This document shows, piece by piece, positions 29,109 to 38,956 of a stretch of 64,000 nucleotides of DNA. The stretch lies in contig CALFUL010000009.1 in assembly GCA_937929935.1 (NCBI GenBank), forward strand, positions 19,748 through 83,747, read 5' to 3'. The notes beneath the pieces are model-generated. The model saw only the letters and a program-made list of their open reading frames with translations, made no database searches and had not been told where the DNA came from. The DNA comes from an uncultured Flavobacteriaceae bacterium. GTDB taxonomy: Bacteria; Bacteroidota; Bacteroidia; Flavobacteriales; Flavobacteriaceae. Position numbers and translations under genes: made by a program. Numbering within the stretch: the stretch's first letter is position 1; every line of letters starts with the position of its first letter.

Positions 29109-29849
29109 TTATATGGCCTTTGCTTCGTTATGGAGAAGGTCAATTAGGTCATCAACATTATCAACCAATTTTACTGCTCCTTTTGCTTCAGGCTTCTCAA
29201 ATTTTGAAATTTCAGTTGCTTTTGTAGCATCGATAGGCTCAACAACAGACAACTTTTTTTGTCTTGCTTGCATGATACCGCGCATGTTAGGGATGCGAAG
29301 ATCGCTTTCTTCAACCAATCCTTTTTGACCACCTATTATTAAAGGCAATGCAGTGGCAATTTTTTCTTTTCCGCCGTCAATTTCTCTAAAGGCAGTTGCG
29401 TTTGTACCGTCTATTTCAAGATTAATACAAGTGTTTACAAAATTCATATTTAAAAGCGAAGACATAATGCCCGGTACCATACCGCCGTTGTAATCGATTG
29501 ATTCACGGCCGCCAATAACCAAATCATAACCTCCGTTTTTAACTACTTCAGCTAATTGTTGTGCAACAAAAAATCCGTCAGTAGGATTCGCATTTATGCG
29601 AATCGCCTCATCTGCACCAATCGCTAAAGCTTTTCTCATGGTAGGTTCAACTGATACTTCGCCAACCGTTGCTACGTGAACGCTAGCACCTTGTTTTTCT
29701 TTAAACCAAATGGCTCGGGTTAAGCCAAACTCGTCATTTGGGTTAATCACAAATTGTACACCGTTGGTGTCAAATTTAGTGTCGCCATCAGTAAAATTTA
29801 TTTTTGATGTTGTGTCTGGCACACTACTTATACATACTAATATTTTCAT
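29109..29849 (-). CDS. etfB: Electron transfer flavoprotein beta subunit
   Basis: VCISSVPDT, INPNDE, ALAIGAD, GRESIDY. Confidence 0.96.
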   Translation of the reverse strand: MKILVCISSVPDTTSKINFTDGDTKFDTNGVQFVINPNDEFGLTRAIWFKEKQGASVHVATVGEVSVEPTMRKALAIGADEAIRINANPTDGFFVAQQLAEVVKNGGYDLVIGGRESIDYNGGMVPGIMSSLLNMNFVNTCINLEIDGTNATAFREIDGGKEKIATALPLIIGGQKGLVEESDLRIPNMRGIMQARQKKLSVVEPIDATKATEISKFEKPEAKGAVKLVDNVDDLIDLLHNEAKAI

Positions 29850-29895
29850 TATATACTACTTTTAAATACTACAGTAAAGATACTACTATTTTCTC

Positions 29896-29921
29896 AATTT
29901 ATTATGCATGCATAATAAATT
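29896..29921. promoter_or_regulatory. Perfect 26-bp palindrome, candidate dimeric repressor operator
   Basis: AATTTATTATGCA|TGCATAATAAATT in the divergent etfB-pdhB spacer. Confidence 0.65.
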
Positions 29922-30014
29922 TTATAACTTTTTTTTGAATTCAGAGGACTATATTTTGATATATATTTTCCTATTTTTGCATGCGTTTTAAACGTAAGCA
30001 AAATCATATAACAA

Positions 30015-30992
30015 ATGAAGACAATACAATTTAGAGAAGCGATTGCAGAGGCGATGTCAGAAGAAATGCGTCGTGATGAATCAATTTATTTGATGGGTGA
30101 AGAAGTGGCTGAATATAACGGGGCTTACAAAGCATCGAAAGGAATGCTTGATGAGTTCGGAGCAAAAAGAGTAATTGATACGCCAATTTCTGAATTAGGT
30201 TTTGCTGGTATTGGTGTGGGCTCAACAATGACGGGTAATCGCCCTATTATTGAATTTATGACCTTCAACTTCGCTTTAGTAGGTATTGATCAGATTATTA
30301 ATAATGCCGCAAAAATTAGACAAATGTCTGCGGGGCAGTTTCCATGTCCTATAGTATTTAGAGGGCCTACTGGTTCAGCGGGTCAATTGGCGGCAACACA
30401 CTCTCAAGCATTTGAAAGTTGGTATGCCAATTGTCCTGGTTTAAAAGTAGTGGTTCCTTCAAATCCTGCTGATGCTAAAGGACTATTAAAATCGGCCATT
30501 CGCGATGATGATCCTGTAATTTTTATGGAGTCTGAGCAAATGTATGGCGATAAAGGGGAAGTTCCAGAAGGCGAATATACCATCCCAATAGGTGTTGCAG
30601 ATATACGAAGAGAAGGAAATGACGTTACTGTAGTTTCTTTTGGTAAAATTATCAAAGAAGCTTATAAGGCAGCAGATGAGCTTGCAAAAGAAGGTATCAG
30701 CTGTGAAATTATTGACTTACGTACTGTTAAGCCTCTAGATTATGAAGCTATTTTGAAATCAGTTAAAAAGACAAACAGATTAGTGATTTTAGAAGAAGCT
30801 TGGCCTTTTGGTAATGTTTCAACTGAGATTACGTATCACGTTCAAGAAAATGCCTTTGATTATTTAGATGCACCTATTGCTAAAATAAATACTGCTGATA
30901 CACCAGCGCCTTATTCTCCGGTGTTATTGGCCGAGTGGATGCCCAATCATGAAGATGTTATTAGAGCGGTTAAAAAAGTGATGTATAAATAA
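30015..30992 (+). CDS. pdhB: Pyruvate dehydrogenase E1 beta
   Basis: GEEVAEYNGAYK, DTPISELGF, ATHSQ, IDLRT. Confidence 0.95.
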   Translation: MKTIQFREAIAEAMSEEMRRDESIYLMGEEVAEYNGAYKASKGMLDEFGAKRVIDTPISELGFAGIGVGSTMTGNRPIIEFMTFNFALVGIDQIINNAAKIRQMSAGQFPCPIVFRGPTGSAGQLAATHSQAFESWYANCPGLKVVVPSNPADAKGLLKSAIRDDDPVIFMESEQMYGDKGEVPEGEYTIPIGVADIRREGNDVTVVSFGKIIKEAYKAADELAKEGISCEIIDLRTVKPLDYEAILKSVKKTNRLVILEEAWPFGNVSTEITYHVQENAFDYLDAPIAKINTADTPAPYSPVLLAEWMPNHEDVIRAVKKVMYK

Positions 30993-31016
30993 GAACCCTT
31001 TTTTTTAACAAAATAT

Positions 31017-31051
31017 AAGCTCTGTCAACCATTGTTGATAGAGCTTTTTTT
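31017..31051 (+). terminator. Intrinsic terminator
   Basis: AAGCTCTGTCAAC-CATT-GTTGATAGAGCTTTTTTT. Confidence 0.8.
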
Positions 31052-31138
31052 AATGAATGCCTCTACAATCTGGTAGTAAAAAAAATACTAGTCTTAGAAT
31101 TAAGCCGTTAGTTAATCTTTACAAGTTAAATTTAAGTT

Positions 31139-31666
31139 ATGAGTAAGAAAGAAAATATCACTTTTGATGTGCTTATTGAAATACCAAAAGGAAGTAGAAA
31201 TAAATACGAATATGATTTTACGTTAAATAAAATCAGATTTGATAGAACCTTGTTTTCTTCGATGATGTACCCAGGTGATTACGGATTTATTCCGGAAACC
31301 TTAGCACTTGATAAAGATCCTTTAGATGTTTTAATATTGTGTACTGAGCCAACCTACCCTATGGTGGTGGTTGAAGTAAAACCAATTGGTGTTTTTCATA
31401 TGGCTGACGAAAAAGGACCAGACGAAAAAATAATCTGTGTTCCGGTTTCTGATCCTATCTGGAATCAAAAGAATGATTTAGGAGATATAAATCCGCATAG
31501 AATAAAAGAAATCGAGCATTTCTTTCAAGTATATAAAGACTTAGAGAAAAAGAAAGTTGATGTTGGCGGCTGGGGTAATGCTGAAGAAGCTAGAAAAATA
31601 TATCATGAGTGCGTCAAGCGTTATGATAATAGTGAGCATAAAAAGAAGCGAACTTTTACGATATAG
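31139..31666 (+). CDS. ppa: Soluble inorganic pyrophosphatase, family I
   Basis: IEIPKGSRNKYEYD, YGFIP, DKDPLDV, DEK. Confidence 0.95.
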   Translation: MSKKENITFDVLIEIPKGSRNKYEYDFTLNKIRFDRTLFSSMMYPGDYGFIPETLALDKDPLDVLILCTEPTYPMVVVEVKPIGVFHMADEKGPDEKIICVPVSDPIWNQKNDLGDINPHRIKEIEHFFQVYKDLEKKKVDVGGWGNAEEARKIYHECVKRYDNSEHKKKRTFTI

Positions 31667-31683
31667 CAAATTTTTAACCAAAT

Positions 31684-31718
31684 AAAAGCCACTTTTAGCA
31701 ATAAAAGTGGCTTTTTTT
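31684..31718 (+). terminator. Intrinsic terminator
   Basis: AAAAGCCACTTTTA-GCAA-TAAAAGTGGCTTTTTTT. Confidence 0.75.
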
Positions 31719-31776
31719 ATTCTATTTGATTTTAGTACTTTAGCAGCCTTAAAAAAAACTAAAATAACTTAACAAA

Positions 31777-34218
31777 ATGGAATTAGTAATTCAATTATTA
31801 CCAGTATTTGGACTCGTAGCTCTTGCTTTTGTGGCTTGGAAAAATGCTTGGGTAGGTAAACAAGAGGTCGGAAACGACAAAATGGCGCGTATTGCCAAAA
31901 ATATTGCCGATGGTGCCATGGCATTTTTAAAAGCAGAATACAAAGTTTTAGCAATTTTTGTGGCTGCAGTTGCAGTCCTACTGTTCTTTAAAGGAACAAA
32001 TGAAGTAGGATCTAACGGAATGGTAGTAGTATCATTCATTATTGGAGCTATATGTTCTGCCTTAGCAGGATTTATAGGAATGAAAGTAGCAACCAAAGCT
32101 AATGTTAGAACTACAGAAGCTGCCAGAACATCATTAGGTCGTGCATTAGAAGTAGCGTTTGCAGGTGGCGCTGTAATGGGCTTAGGTGTTGTGGGCTTAG
32201 GTATCTTAGGATTAAGTGGCTTGTTTATGGTATATCAAATGATGTGGCCAGGAGCTGAAAACTTATCGATGGTACTTAATGTGCTTTCAGGATTTTCATT
32301 AGGAGCTTCATCTATTGCTTTATTTGCACGTGTTGGTGGAGGTATTTATACAAAAGCAGCCGATGTTGGTGCTGATTTAGTTGGTAAAGTAGAAGCAGGT
32401 ATTCCTGAAGATCATCCATTAAACCCTGCAACCATTGCTGATAACGTTGGCGATAATGTTGGAGATGTTGCTGGTATGGGTGCTGATTTATTTGAATCTT
32501 ATGTAGGTTCTATTATAGGTACTATGGTTTTAGGAGCTTTTATATTAACGCCAAACTTTGATGGCTTAGGCGCAGTATACTTGCCTTTAGTTCTTGGAGC
32601 TGTAGGAATCATAATGTCTATCTTAGGTACATTCTTTGTAAAAGTAAAAGATGGTGGAAACCCACAAACAGCTTTAAATATTGGAGAATTTGGTTCTGCA
32701 GGTTTAATGGTTGTTGCATCTTATTTTATCATTAATGCTTTAATTCCTGAATCTGTTGAAGGTTTGCCTTTCGGAGCTTGGGGAGTTTTTATGGCAACAA
32801 TAGCTGGTTTAGGTGCTGGTTTAGGTGTTGGTAAAATAACAGAGTATTATACAGCTACAGGAAAAAAACCTGTAATGTCTATCGTTGCACAATCTGAAAC
32901 TGGAGCAGCCACAAATATTATTGCTGGTTTAGGTGTGGGTATGATGTCAACAATGATTCCTATTCTTTTAATTGCTGCAGCTATTATGATTTCACATCAC
33001 TTTGCAGGTTTATACGGTATCGCTATTGCAGCGGTAGGTATGTTAGCAAACACTGGTATTCAATTAGCAGTTGATGCTTACGGACCAATTTGTGATAATG
33101 CAGGTGGTATTGCTGAAATGGCAGAATTACCAAGTGAAGTACGTGAACGTACTGATAAATTAGATGCTGTTGGTAACACTACTGCAGCAGTAGGTAAAGG
33201 TTTTGCGATTGCTTCTGCAGCTTTAACTGCCTTAGCATTATTTGCAGCTTTTATGAAGACCGCAGGTGTAACAGCAATTGACGTAGCTCAGCCAAAAATT
33301 ATGGCAGGATTATTAGTTGGTGGTATGTTACCATTTGTATTCTCTGCTTTATCTATGAATGCTGTTGGGCGTGCAGCAATGGCAATGATTGAAGAAGTTC
33401 GTCGTCAGTTTAGAGATATTCCTCAATTGAAAGCGGCTCTTGAAGTAATGAGAGCTGTTGATTCTGATATGACTAAAGCGACTCCAGAGCAGCGTGCTAT
33501 TTTTGATGAAGCCGATGGCGTTGCAGATTACGGAAAATGTATTGATATTTCTACAAAAGCATCTATTAGAGAAATGGTATTGCCAGGTTTACTAGCAATC
33601 GCAGTTCCTGTAGCAGTTGGTTTTATTGGTGGTGCTGAAATGTTAGGCGGTGTACTTGCAGGGGTTACAACTTGTGGTGTGCTTATGGCTATATTCCAAT
33701 CTAATGCAGGTGGTGCTTGGGATAACGCAAAGAAAACTATTGAAGAGCAAGGTAAAAAAGGTACTGACGCACACAAAGCTGCTGTTGTTGGTGATACTGT
33801 TGGTGATCCTTTTAAAGATACTTCAGGTCCTTCATTGAACATTCTTTTAAAATTGATGTCAGTTGTTGCTTTAGTTATCGCACCTAGTATTGCAATGTCT
33901 GGTGATACCATGATGGCAAGTGCAGATGCTCAATATATTTGGGTTGATGAAAATGGTAACAAACACAACTTAAAAGGAAAAGAGATTCATTTTGATGATG
34001 CTGCACATAAGCAAATAGAAAAGCAAGTTAGTGTTGAAGTAGAATCATCTGATGACGGAATGGCAAAAGGTACAATTACTACCACCATTACTAAAAACGG
34101 AAAAGAGACCGTTACCACTGAAGTAATTGAAGGTACAATGGCTGAGGTAAAAGCCAAAGCAGAAGCGTATAGTGCTAAGAAAGGCAATGCGAAAATTAGT
34201 ATTGAAGAAGAGCACTAA
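31777..34218 (+). CDS. hppA: Membrane-bound ion-translocating pyrophosphatase (K+-dependent type, probably Na+-pumping)
   Basis: [26 protein letters not shown] (Ala at the K+-dependence position), [10 protein letters not shown]. Confidence 0.93.
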   Translation: MELVIQLLPVFGLVALAFVAWKNAWVGKQEVGNDKMARIAKNIADGAMAFLKAEYKVLAIFVAAVAVLLFFKGTNEVGSNGMVVVSFIIGAICSALAGFIGMKVATKANVRTTEAARTSLGRALEVAFAGGAVMGLGVVGLGILGLSGLFMVYQMMWPGAENLSMVLNVLSGFSLGASSIALFARVGGGIYTKAADVGADLVGKVEAGIPEDHPLNPATIADNVGDNVGDVAGMGADLFESYVGSIIGTMVLGAFILTPNFDGLGAVYLPLVLGAVGIIMSILGTFFVKVKDGGNPQTALNIGEFGSAGLMVVASYFIINALIPESVEGLPFGAWGVFMATIAGLGAGLGVGKITEYYTATGKKPVMSIVAQSETGAATNIIAGLGVGMMSTMIPILLIAAAIMISHHFAGLYGIAIAAVGMLANTGIQLAVDAYGPICDNAGGIAEMAELPSEVRERTDKLDAVGNTTAAVGKGFAIASAALTALALFAAFMKTAGVTAIDVAQPKIMAGLLVGGMLPFVFSALSMNAVGRAAMAMIEEVRRQFRDIPQLKAALEVMRAVDSDMTKATPEQRAIFDEADGVADYGKCIDISTKASIREMVLPGLLAIAVPVAVGFIGGAEMLGGVLAGVTTCGVLMAIFQSNAGGAWDNAKKTIEEQGKKGTDAHKAAVVGDTVGDPFKDTSGPSLNILLKLMSVVALVIAPSIAMSGDTMMASADAQYIWVDENGNKHNLKGKEIHFDDAAHKQIEKQVSVEVESSDDGMAKGTITTTITKNGKETVTTEVIEGTMAEVKAKAEAYSAKKGNAKISIEEEH

Positions 34219-34241
34219 AAAACTTTAATTTATTATAATTT

Positions 34242-34275
34242 AAAAAGCCTCGCTGTTAAGCGAGGCTTTTATTTT
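34242..34275. terminator. Bidirectional terminator
   Basis: AAAAAGCCTCGCT-GTTA-AGCGAGGCTTTT. Confidence 0.8.
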
Positions 34276-34481
34276 TTGACTTTGGTTTTAAGAATTACCG
34301 TACTGTCTTTTTTGCCTTTTGTTTCGTGGGTAATAACTTCAATATCATAACCTTGAGTATCATCTTCTGTTTTCCATTCTAAAGCGCTATAAACTGCAAA
34401 TAGTAGAACCAGTAGCCCTAATGCGAAAAAGAAGGTTTTCTTTTTATTTAAATCTTTATTTAAGTTTTTCTTCGGATGCAT
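34269..34481 (-). CDS. Small membrane protein homologous to the TonB N-terminal anchor (truncated paralogue or pseudogene)
   Basis: MHPKKNLNKDLNKK..FFALGLL..ALEWKT aligns with MEIKKNPKKDLNHK..FAVGVL..ALEWKS of the neighbouring TonB. Confidence 0.65.
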   Translation of the reverse strand: MHPKKNLNKDLNKKKTFFFALGLLVLLFAVYSALEWKTEDDTQGYDIEVITHETKGKKDSTVILKTKVKK

Positions 34482-34499
34482 ATGCTCAATATTTTTAAA

Positions 34500-34620
34500 T
34501 GTCAGTTCGAGTAATTGCTTCTCGATTTTTTATCGAGAAGCAATTGTATCGAGAACCTTAATTGCTGAAATGATTCTCGACACCTTTTCTCATGCTTTTC
34601 AAAAAAAACTCGAACTGACA
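34500..34620. repeat. Composite REP/MITE-like element, family B
   Basis: 13-bp perfect terminal inverted repeats TGTCAGTTCGAGT / ACTCGAACTGACA plus an internal 14-bp hairpin at 34513-34545. Confidence 0.8.
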
Positions 34621-34639
34621 ATTTTTATACTTTTAAAGT

Positions 34640-35341
34640 TTATTGCAATTTAAAATTAATTGGAATGACAAAAGATACCTTTACGTTTTGATCTCGTTGC
34701 TTTCCTGGGGTCATTTTCGGAAGTTTTCCTAGTATTCTTGACGCCTCGTTTTCTAATATTTTATGTGGACCTCGCAATCTGATTTCTGAAATAACACCAT
34801 TTTTTTGAATTGTAAACTGAGTTTGAACTTTACCTTGAATACCCATTTCTTGTGCAAGTTCAGGATAACGAAATACTTTTGCAATATGCTTATTCATCAT
34901 TTTTTGAAAGCATGCTCTTTTATCCTTTTCGTTTTCACAACCCGGAAAAACAGGTACTTCCTCTATGGTAACCCAATTTACATTAATTTCTTCTTCAATT
35001 TCGTCGACCTCTATGTCTGTATAATCAAAAATCTCTGTAGTTTCATCAGGTTCTATAAATTCAAGAGGGGTTTCGTCAATTTCTAAGTCATTTGGCGCTA
35101 TTTCGATTACAGGTGGTGCCTGTGGTGGTTTAGGCGGCTCAGGTTCTTTCCATTCAATGAGTTCTACTTCTTCCTCAAGTTCGTCCAACTGATTCATACT
35201 TGTGTCATAATCCGGAATGTCATAAAATGATTTCCATTCTAGTGCCACATAAGTCAACATGAGTACTGACAATACACCTACTGCGAAATGAAGTCCGCTT
35301 TTGTGATTCAAATCTTTCTTTGGGTTCTTTTTGATTTCCAT
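34640..35341 (-). CDS. tonB: Energy transducer TonB
   Basis: N-terminal TM, Pro-rich linker, EEVPVFPGC, FRYPELAQEMGIQGKV, IPINFKLQ; start MEIKK. Confidence 0.9.
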   Translation of the reverse strand: MEIKKNPKKDLNHKSGLHFAVGVLSVLMLTYVALEWKSFYDIPDYDTSMNQLDELEEEVELIEWKEPEPPKPPQAPPVIEIAPNDLEIDETPLEFIEPDETTEIFDYTDIEVDEIEEEINVNWVTIEEVPVFPGCENEKDKRACFQKMMNKHIAKVFRYPELAQEMGIQGKVQTQFTIQKNGVISEIRLRGPHKILENEASRILGKLPKMTPGKQRDQNVKVSFVIPINFKLQ

Positions 35342-35530
35342 TGTTTTGATTTTTTTGAGCATAGCTCGTTTAACATAAATTAAAAGCTTCAGTAGTTTTT
35401 AGGAAATAGTTGTTTTGCTTTCTTATCATAAAGCTATAACAAGAAGCAGCTCAAAAAAATGTATAATGAGTGAAGCCCCCTTTTTGATGAGGGAAAAGAA
35501 GTTGGTAGTGAGTTTAAAAAAGTCTAGAGT

Positions 35531-36154
35531 TTACTTAAGCTCGAAAAGTCCGTTAATTTCAGCGTCAATTTTAGTAATGACCTTACCTAAATCTTCAGGT
35601 TTGTCAACAAAATCAAGATTGTCAACATCAATGACTAAAAGGTTACCCTTTTCATAGCCATGTACCCAAGCTTCATAACGTTCATTTAAACGGCTGAGGT
35701 AGTCTATTGAGATTGAATTCTCATATTCACGACCTCTTTTATGAATCTGGTTTACTAAATTAGGAATTGAACTTCTCAAATAAATTAACAAATCAGGTGG
35801 TTGCACCAAACTTTCCATTAATTCAAAAAGGCTTGAATAATTATTGAAATCACGATTGGTCATTAAGCCCATCGCATGTAAGTTAGGAGCAAAAATATAT
35901 GCGTCTTCGTAAATAGTACGATCTTGAATGGTGTTTTTACCTGATTCTCTGATTTTAAGAATTTGACGGTAACGCTGATTTAAAAAATAAATTTGAAGGT
36001 TAAAGCTCCAACGCTCCATTTGATTATAAAAATCATCTAAGTATGGGTTGTCAACAACATCTTCAAAATTTGCCTCCCATTTATAATGTTTTGAAAGTAA
36101 CCTGGTTAAGGTAGTTTTTCCGGCTCCGATATTTCCAGCAACAGCAATGTGCAT
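35531..36154 (-). CDS. Deoxynucleoside kinase
   Basis: AGNIGAGKTT, DRTIYED, PDLLIYL, RGREYE. Confidence 0.93.
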   Translation of the reverse strand: MHIAVAGNIGAGKTTLTRLLSKHYKWEANFEDVVDNPYLDDFYNQMERWSFNLQIYFLNQRYRQILKIRESGKNTIQDRTIYEDAYIFAPNLHAMGLMTNRDFNNYSSLFELMESLVQPPDLLIYLRSSIPNLVNQIHKRGREYENSISIDYLSRLNERYEAWVHGYEKGNLLVIDVDNLDFVDKPEDLGKVITKIDAEINGLFELK

Positions 36155-36291
36155 ACGTCAAAGATTAAAGATTGGTTGGTTTAACTTAAAAAAATGTTGG
36201 GCTTACAATATACGAATGATCTTGGGTTGTCAAAAGAATTATAGTTGAAATACCTATAAAAAAGAAAACAGAATTTTTATCTTAAAAACGA

Positions 36292-36972
36292 CTAGCAAAT
36301 CAACTTGTACCCATAACCTCTAACATTGATAATTTGTACATTTTTATCTTTGCTGAGCTTTTTACGTAGTTTACTTATAAATACATCCATACTGCGGGCG
36401 TTAAAGAAATCATCATCTCCCCATATTTTTTTAAGTATCATTGAACGGTCTAAAATTTCGTTCCGTTTTTCAGTTAAATGATAGAGCAGTTCAGCTTCTC
36501 TATGGGTAAGAAGCGTTTCCTCTTTATTGATTACTAGTTTTTGTTTAGTGTAGTTGAAGCTATAGTTGCCAATTGAAAGATCTTGCCGTGAAGTTTTTAG
36601 GTTCGTTCTATTTAAAAGCGCATGAATGCGAACAATAAGTTCTTCCATACTAAAAGGCTTTTTTAGATAATCATTGCCACCATGTTTGAAGCCTTCTACT
36701 ACATCTTTTGTTTGAGATTTCGCGGTAAGGAAAATAATAGGAATGTGTTTGTTTTGCGCTCGAATCTCTTTTGCAAGAGTAAACCCATCTTTTTTGGGCA
36801 TCATTACATCTAAAACCAATAATTCTGGCTTTTCCTTAAAATATGTTTGGTACGCTATTTCTCCATTTTGACAATAGTGCACTTCAAAATTTCGAGTTTC
36901 TAGGCTTTCTTTTACAATCTGCCCTAATGCGAGTTCATCTTCCGCTAATAATATTTTTATGGTCTCACTCAT
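36292..36972 (-). CDS. OmpR-family response regulator
   Basis: LAEDE, LDVMMP, KPF, MDVFISKLRKKL, VRGYGY. Confidence 0.95.
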   Translation of the reverse strand: MSETIKILLAEDELALGQIVKESLETRNFEVHYCQNGEIAYQTYFKEKPELLVLDVMMPKKDGFTLAKEIRAQNKHIPIIFLTAKSQTKDVVEGFKHGGNDYLKKPFSMEELIVRIHALLNRTNLKTSRQDLSIGNYSFNYTKQKLVINKEETLLTHREAELLYHLTEKRNEILDRSMILKKIWGDDDFFNARSMDVFISKLRKKLSKDKNVQIINVRGYGYKLIC

Positions 36973-38444
36973 AAGGTTATTTTAAAAATAGTGTTATGAG
37001 CATCAGGTACTAAGGTAAGTTGACCTTCATGTTTGTCAATTATTTTCTTTGAATAAAATAGCCCGATTCCAAAGCCCTTAACATCGTGGCGATTTCCCGT
37101 AGGTACCCGATAAAACTTATCGAATATTTTGGTTCTTTGATTTTTATCAATTTTTCCGCCATCATCGGCTATTGTAATTTCTGAAGAATTTAATAAAGAA
37201 CTTAAATTCACTATGATGGTATTTCCACCATATTTAATAGCATTGTCAATGATATTTGCAACCGCATTTTCAAAATGAAATGGGTCTACATGTAATATTA
37301 GACTGTCTTCATTTGATTTAAATTGAATTTTTTTATCTGCGGCTAACATTTGATATTTGTCGACTAAACCTTTGAGCATTAAAACTGCATCTACTTCTTC
37401 TTTTTGAATAATCAACTTATCACTATCTAGAGTAGCAGTTTCTAATAACTTTTCTACCATCAAGTGCAATTTTTTCATTTGTTGCTGAGATATATCCAAA
37501 TATGAATCAGTTTTGGCCTTATCATTATTGGCATTGAAGTTTTTAATTCCTTCAATGGCGGTTGATACAGTGGCAATAGGAGTTTTGAACTCATGTGTGA
37601 TATTACTAATTAGATCATTTTTGATTTCTGCCAGCTCTTTTTGTTTATTGATAATATGAAGTAAATAAAAGAGACAAGCAACAGTGCAGACTGATAGTAA
37701 AAAAGATAGTAAAATGCCAGCCAAACTTCTTTTTAGAATATCTATAGTAGAGTTTGAATATTGTAATTGCAACTTTTGATCTAAAGGCAAATAAGTTGAT
37801 TTTGATAGGGTGCTTAATAGCTGACCCTTTAAGGGTTGTGTTTCAAAGTTTTCGAAAACTGAATCCCTTTTAAAATGCCTTAAACCATATTTAATACTTA
37901 TTTTTTTTCGTATTAATTCATTTTTTAAAATTGAATCTAGTTTCTCAAAATCTATAGAATCTCTTGTGATTGAAAAGGTAAGTCTATTTACCAGACCAGA
38001 AATCGATTCTACACTGTCAACGGCATTTTTTCCTCTTATTATGGTAATTCCTTCTACAGAACCTTTAGAGTAAATGGCTTTATCAGTGGTATCAATTATT
38101 TGAGAGAAACTGACAAGATTTTCGGTTTCATTAGAATCATTGATATTATCAATTTCACGACCAATACGATCAAGATCAATTTTTTCCATAAAATGAAACA
38201 TTTCTGAACTTATTACTGTAGATGAAGTTGTGTCTCGTTCCTCTACATAAGAAAAGAAATCAGTTTTGGCTAAGTCTGAATAGTATGCCTCAACACTATT
38301 ATCTAAACTAATTTGCACTTCGTTAATCAATCGTGCTTTATTGGTATTGTAATTTTGAATATTCCAATACACTTGAATAGCTATAGTAGCTGTTATCGTA
38401 GCTGCAATAAAATAGAGTAAGTATTTGTAATTCTTCTTTTTCAC
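36969..38444 (-). CDS. Sensor histidine kinase
   Basis: Two TM segments, THEFKTP H-box, DNAIKY, GFGIGL. Confidence 0.95.
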   Translation of the reverse strand: MKKKNYKYLLYFIAATITATIAIQVYWNIQNYNTNKARLINEVQISLDNSVEAYYSDLAKTDFFSYVEERDTTSSTVISSEMFHFMEKIDLDRIGREIDNINDSNETENLVSFSQIIDTTDKAIYSKGSVEGITIIRGKNAVDSVESISGLVNRLTFSITRDSIDFEKLDSILKNELIRKKISIKYGLRHFKRDSVFENFETQPLKGQLLSTLSKSTYLPLDQKLQLQYSNSTIDILKRSLAGILLSFLLSVCTVACLFYLLHIINKQKELAEIKNDLISNITHEFKTPIATVSTAIEGIKNFNANNDKAKTDSYLDISQQQMKKLHLMVEKLLETATLDSDKLIIQKEEVDAVLMLKGLVDKYQMLAADKKIQFKSNEDSLILHVDPFHFENAVANIIDNAIKYGGNTIIVNLSSLLNSSEITIADDGGKIDKNQRTKIFDKFYRVPTGNRHDVKGFGIGLFYSKKIIDKHEGQLTLVPDAHNTIFKITL

Positions 38445-38484
38445 TATTCAAATGTAAATACAATATATCATCTTGAGTTGATCA

Positions 38485-38510
38485 GTTAACACACGTTAAC
38501 ATTGGTTAAC
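38485..38510. promoter_or_regulatory. Three GTTAAC boxes at 10-bp period, candidate response-regulator site
   Basis: GTTAAC at 38485, 38495 and 38505 in the divergent spacer. Confidence 0.65.
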
Positions 38511-38571
38511 TTATATTCTTATTGAAGTTATTCAAATTTGTACAGTTAAGAACCACTAAAAAATATAAAAC

Positions 38572-38934
38572 ATGAGAATATTTAGAATAATTTTGACATT
38601 CATTTTATTACAAGTTTCTTTTACAACAATAGCTCAAGAGGAGCCTAATAAGGCCGTAGTTAATAGCTTAGATCTTGAGATTAATGACTTTAAGGAGTTA
38701 GATAGTATAAATTGGAATCATCTTTTTTCGGTTTTTGAAGAAAATGAACCAAAAGATTCAATTGCGGTATCGATTCAGGTAAAAGACTTGACTTTAGACG
38801 GCGAAAATAAGGTTACCATTAACAGTATGACAGTTTCTGTGAATGGTTTAACTGAAAACAGAAAGAACCTTCAAGAAACACTTAAGGACAGAATGGACGG
38901 AATGATAACCTTGTTTGAGAAAATGACAGAATAG
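38572..38934 (+). CDS. Exported hypothetical protein
   Basis: Signal peptide ending TIA-Q; first gene of the GLPGLI operon. Confidence 0.7.
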   Translation: MRIFRIILTFILLQVSFTTIAQEEPNKAVVNSLDLEINDFKELDSINWNHLFSVFEENEPKDSIAVSIQVKDLTLDGENKVTINSMTVSVNGLTENRKNLQETLKDRMDGMITLFEKMTE

Positions 38935-38956
38935 AATAAGTATAAAACAAAACAAT

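Noticed and set aside
10380-30992. pdhB separated from pdhA-pdhC as a sign of rearrangement
   Set aside because: Split pdh genes, with pdhB beside etfBA, is to my knowledge the usual arrangement in Flavobacteriaceae.
35415-35657. 80-aa plus-strand ORF
   Set aside because: Non-ATG start, half antisense to the deoxynucleoside kinase, no motif.
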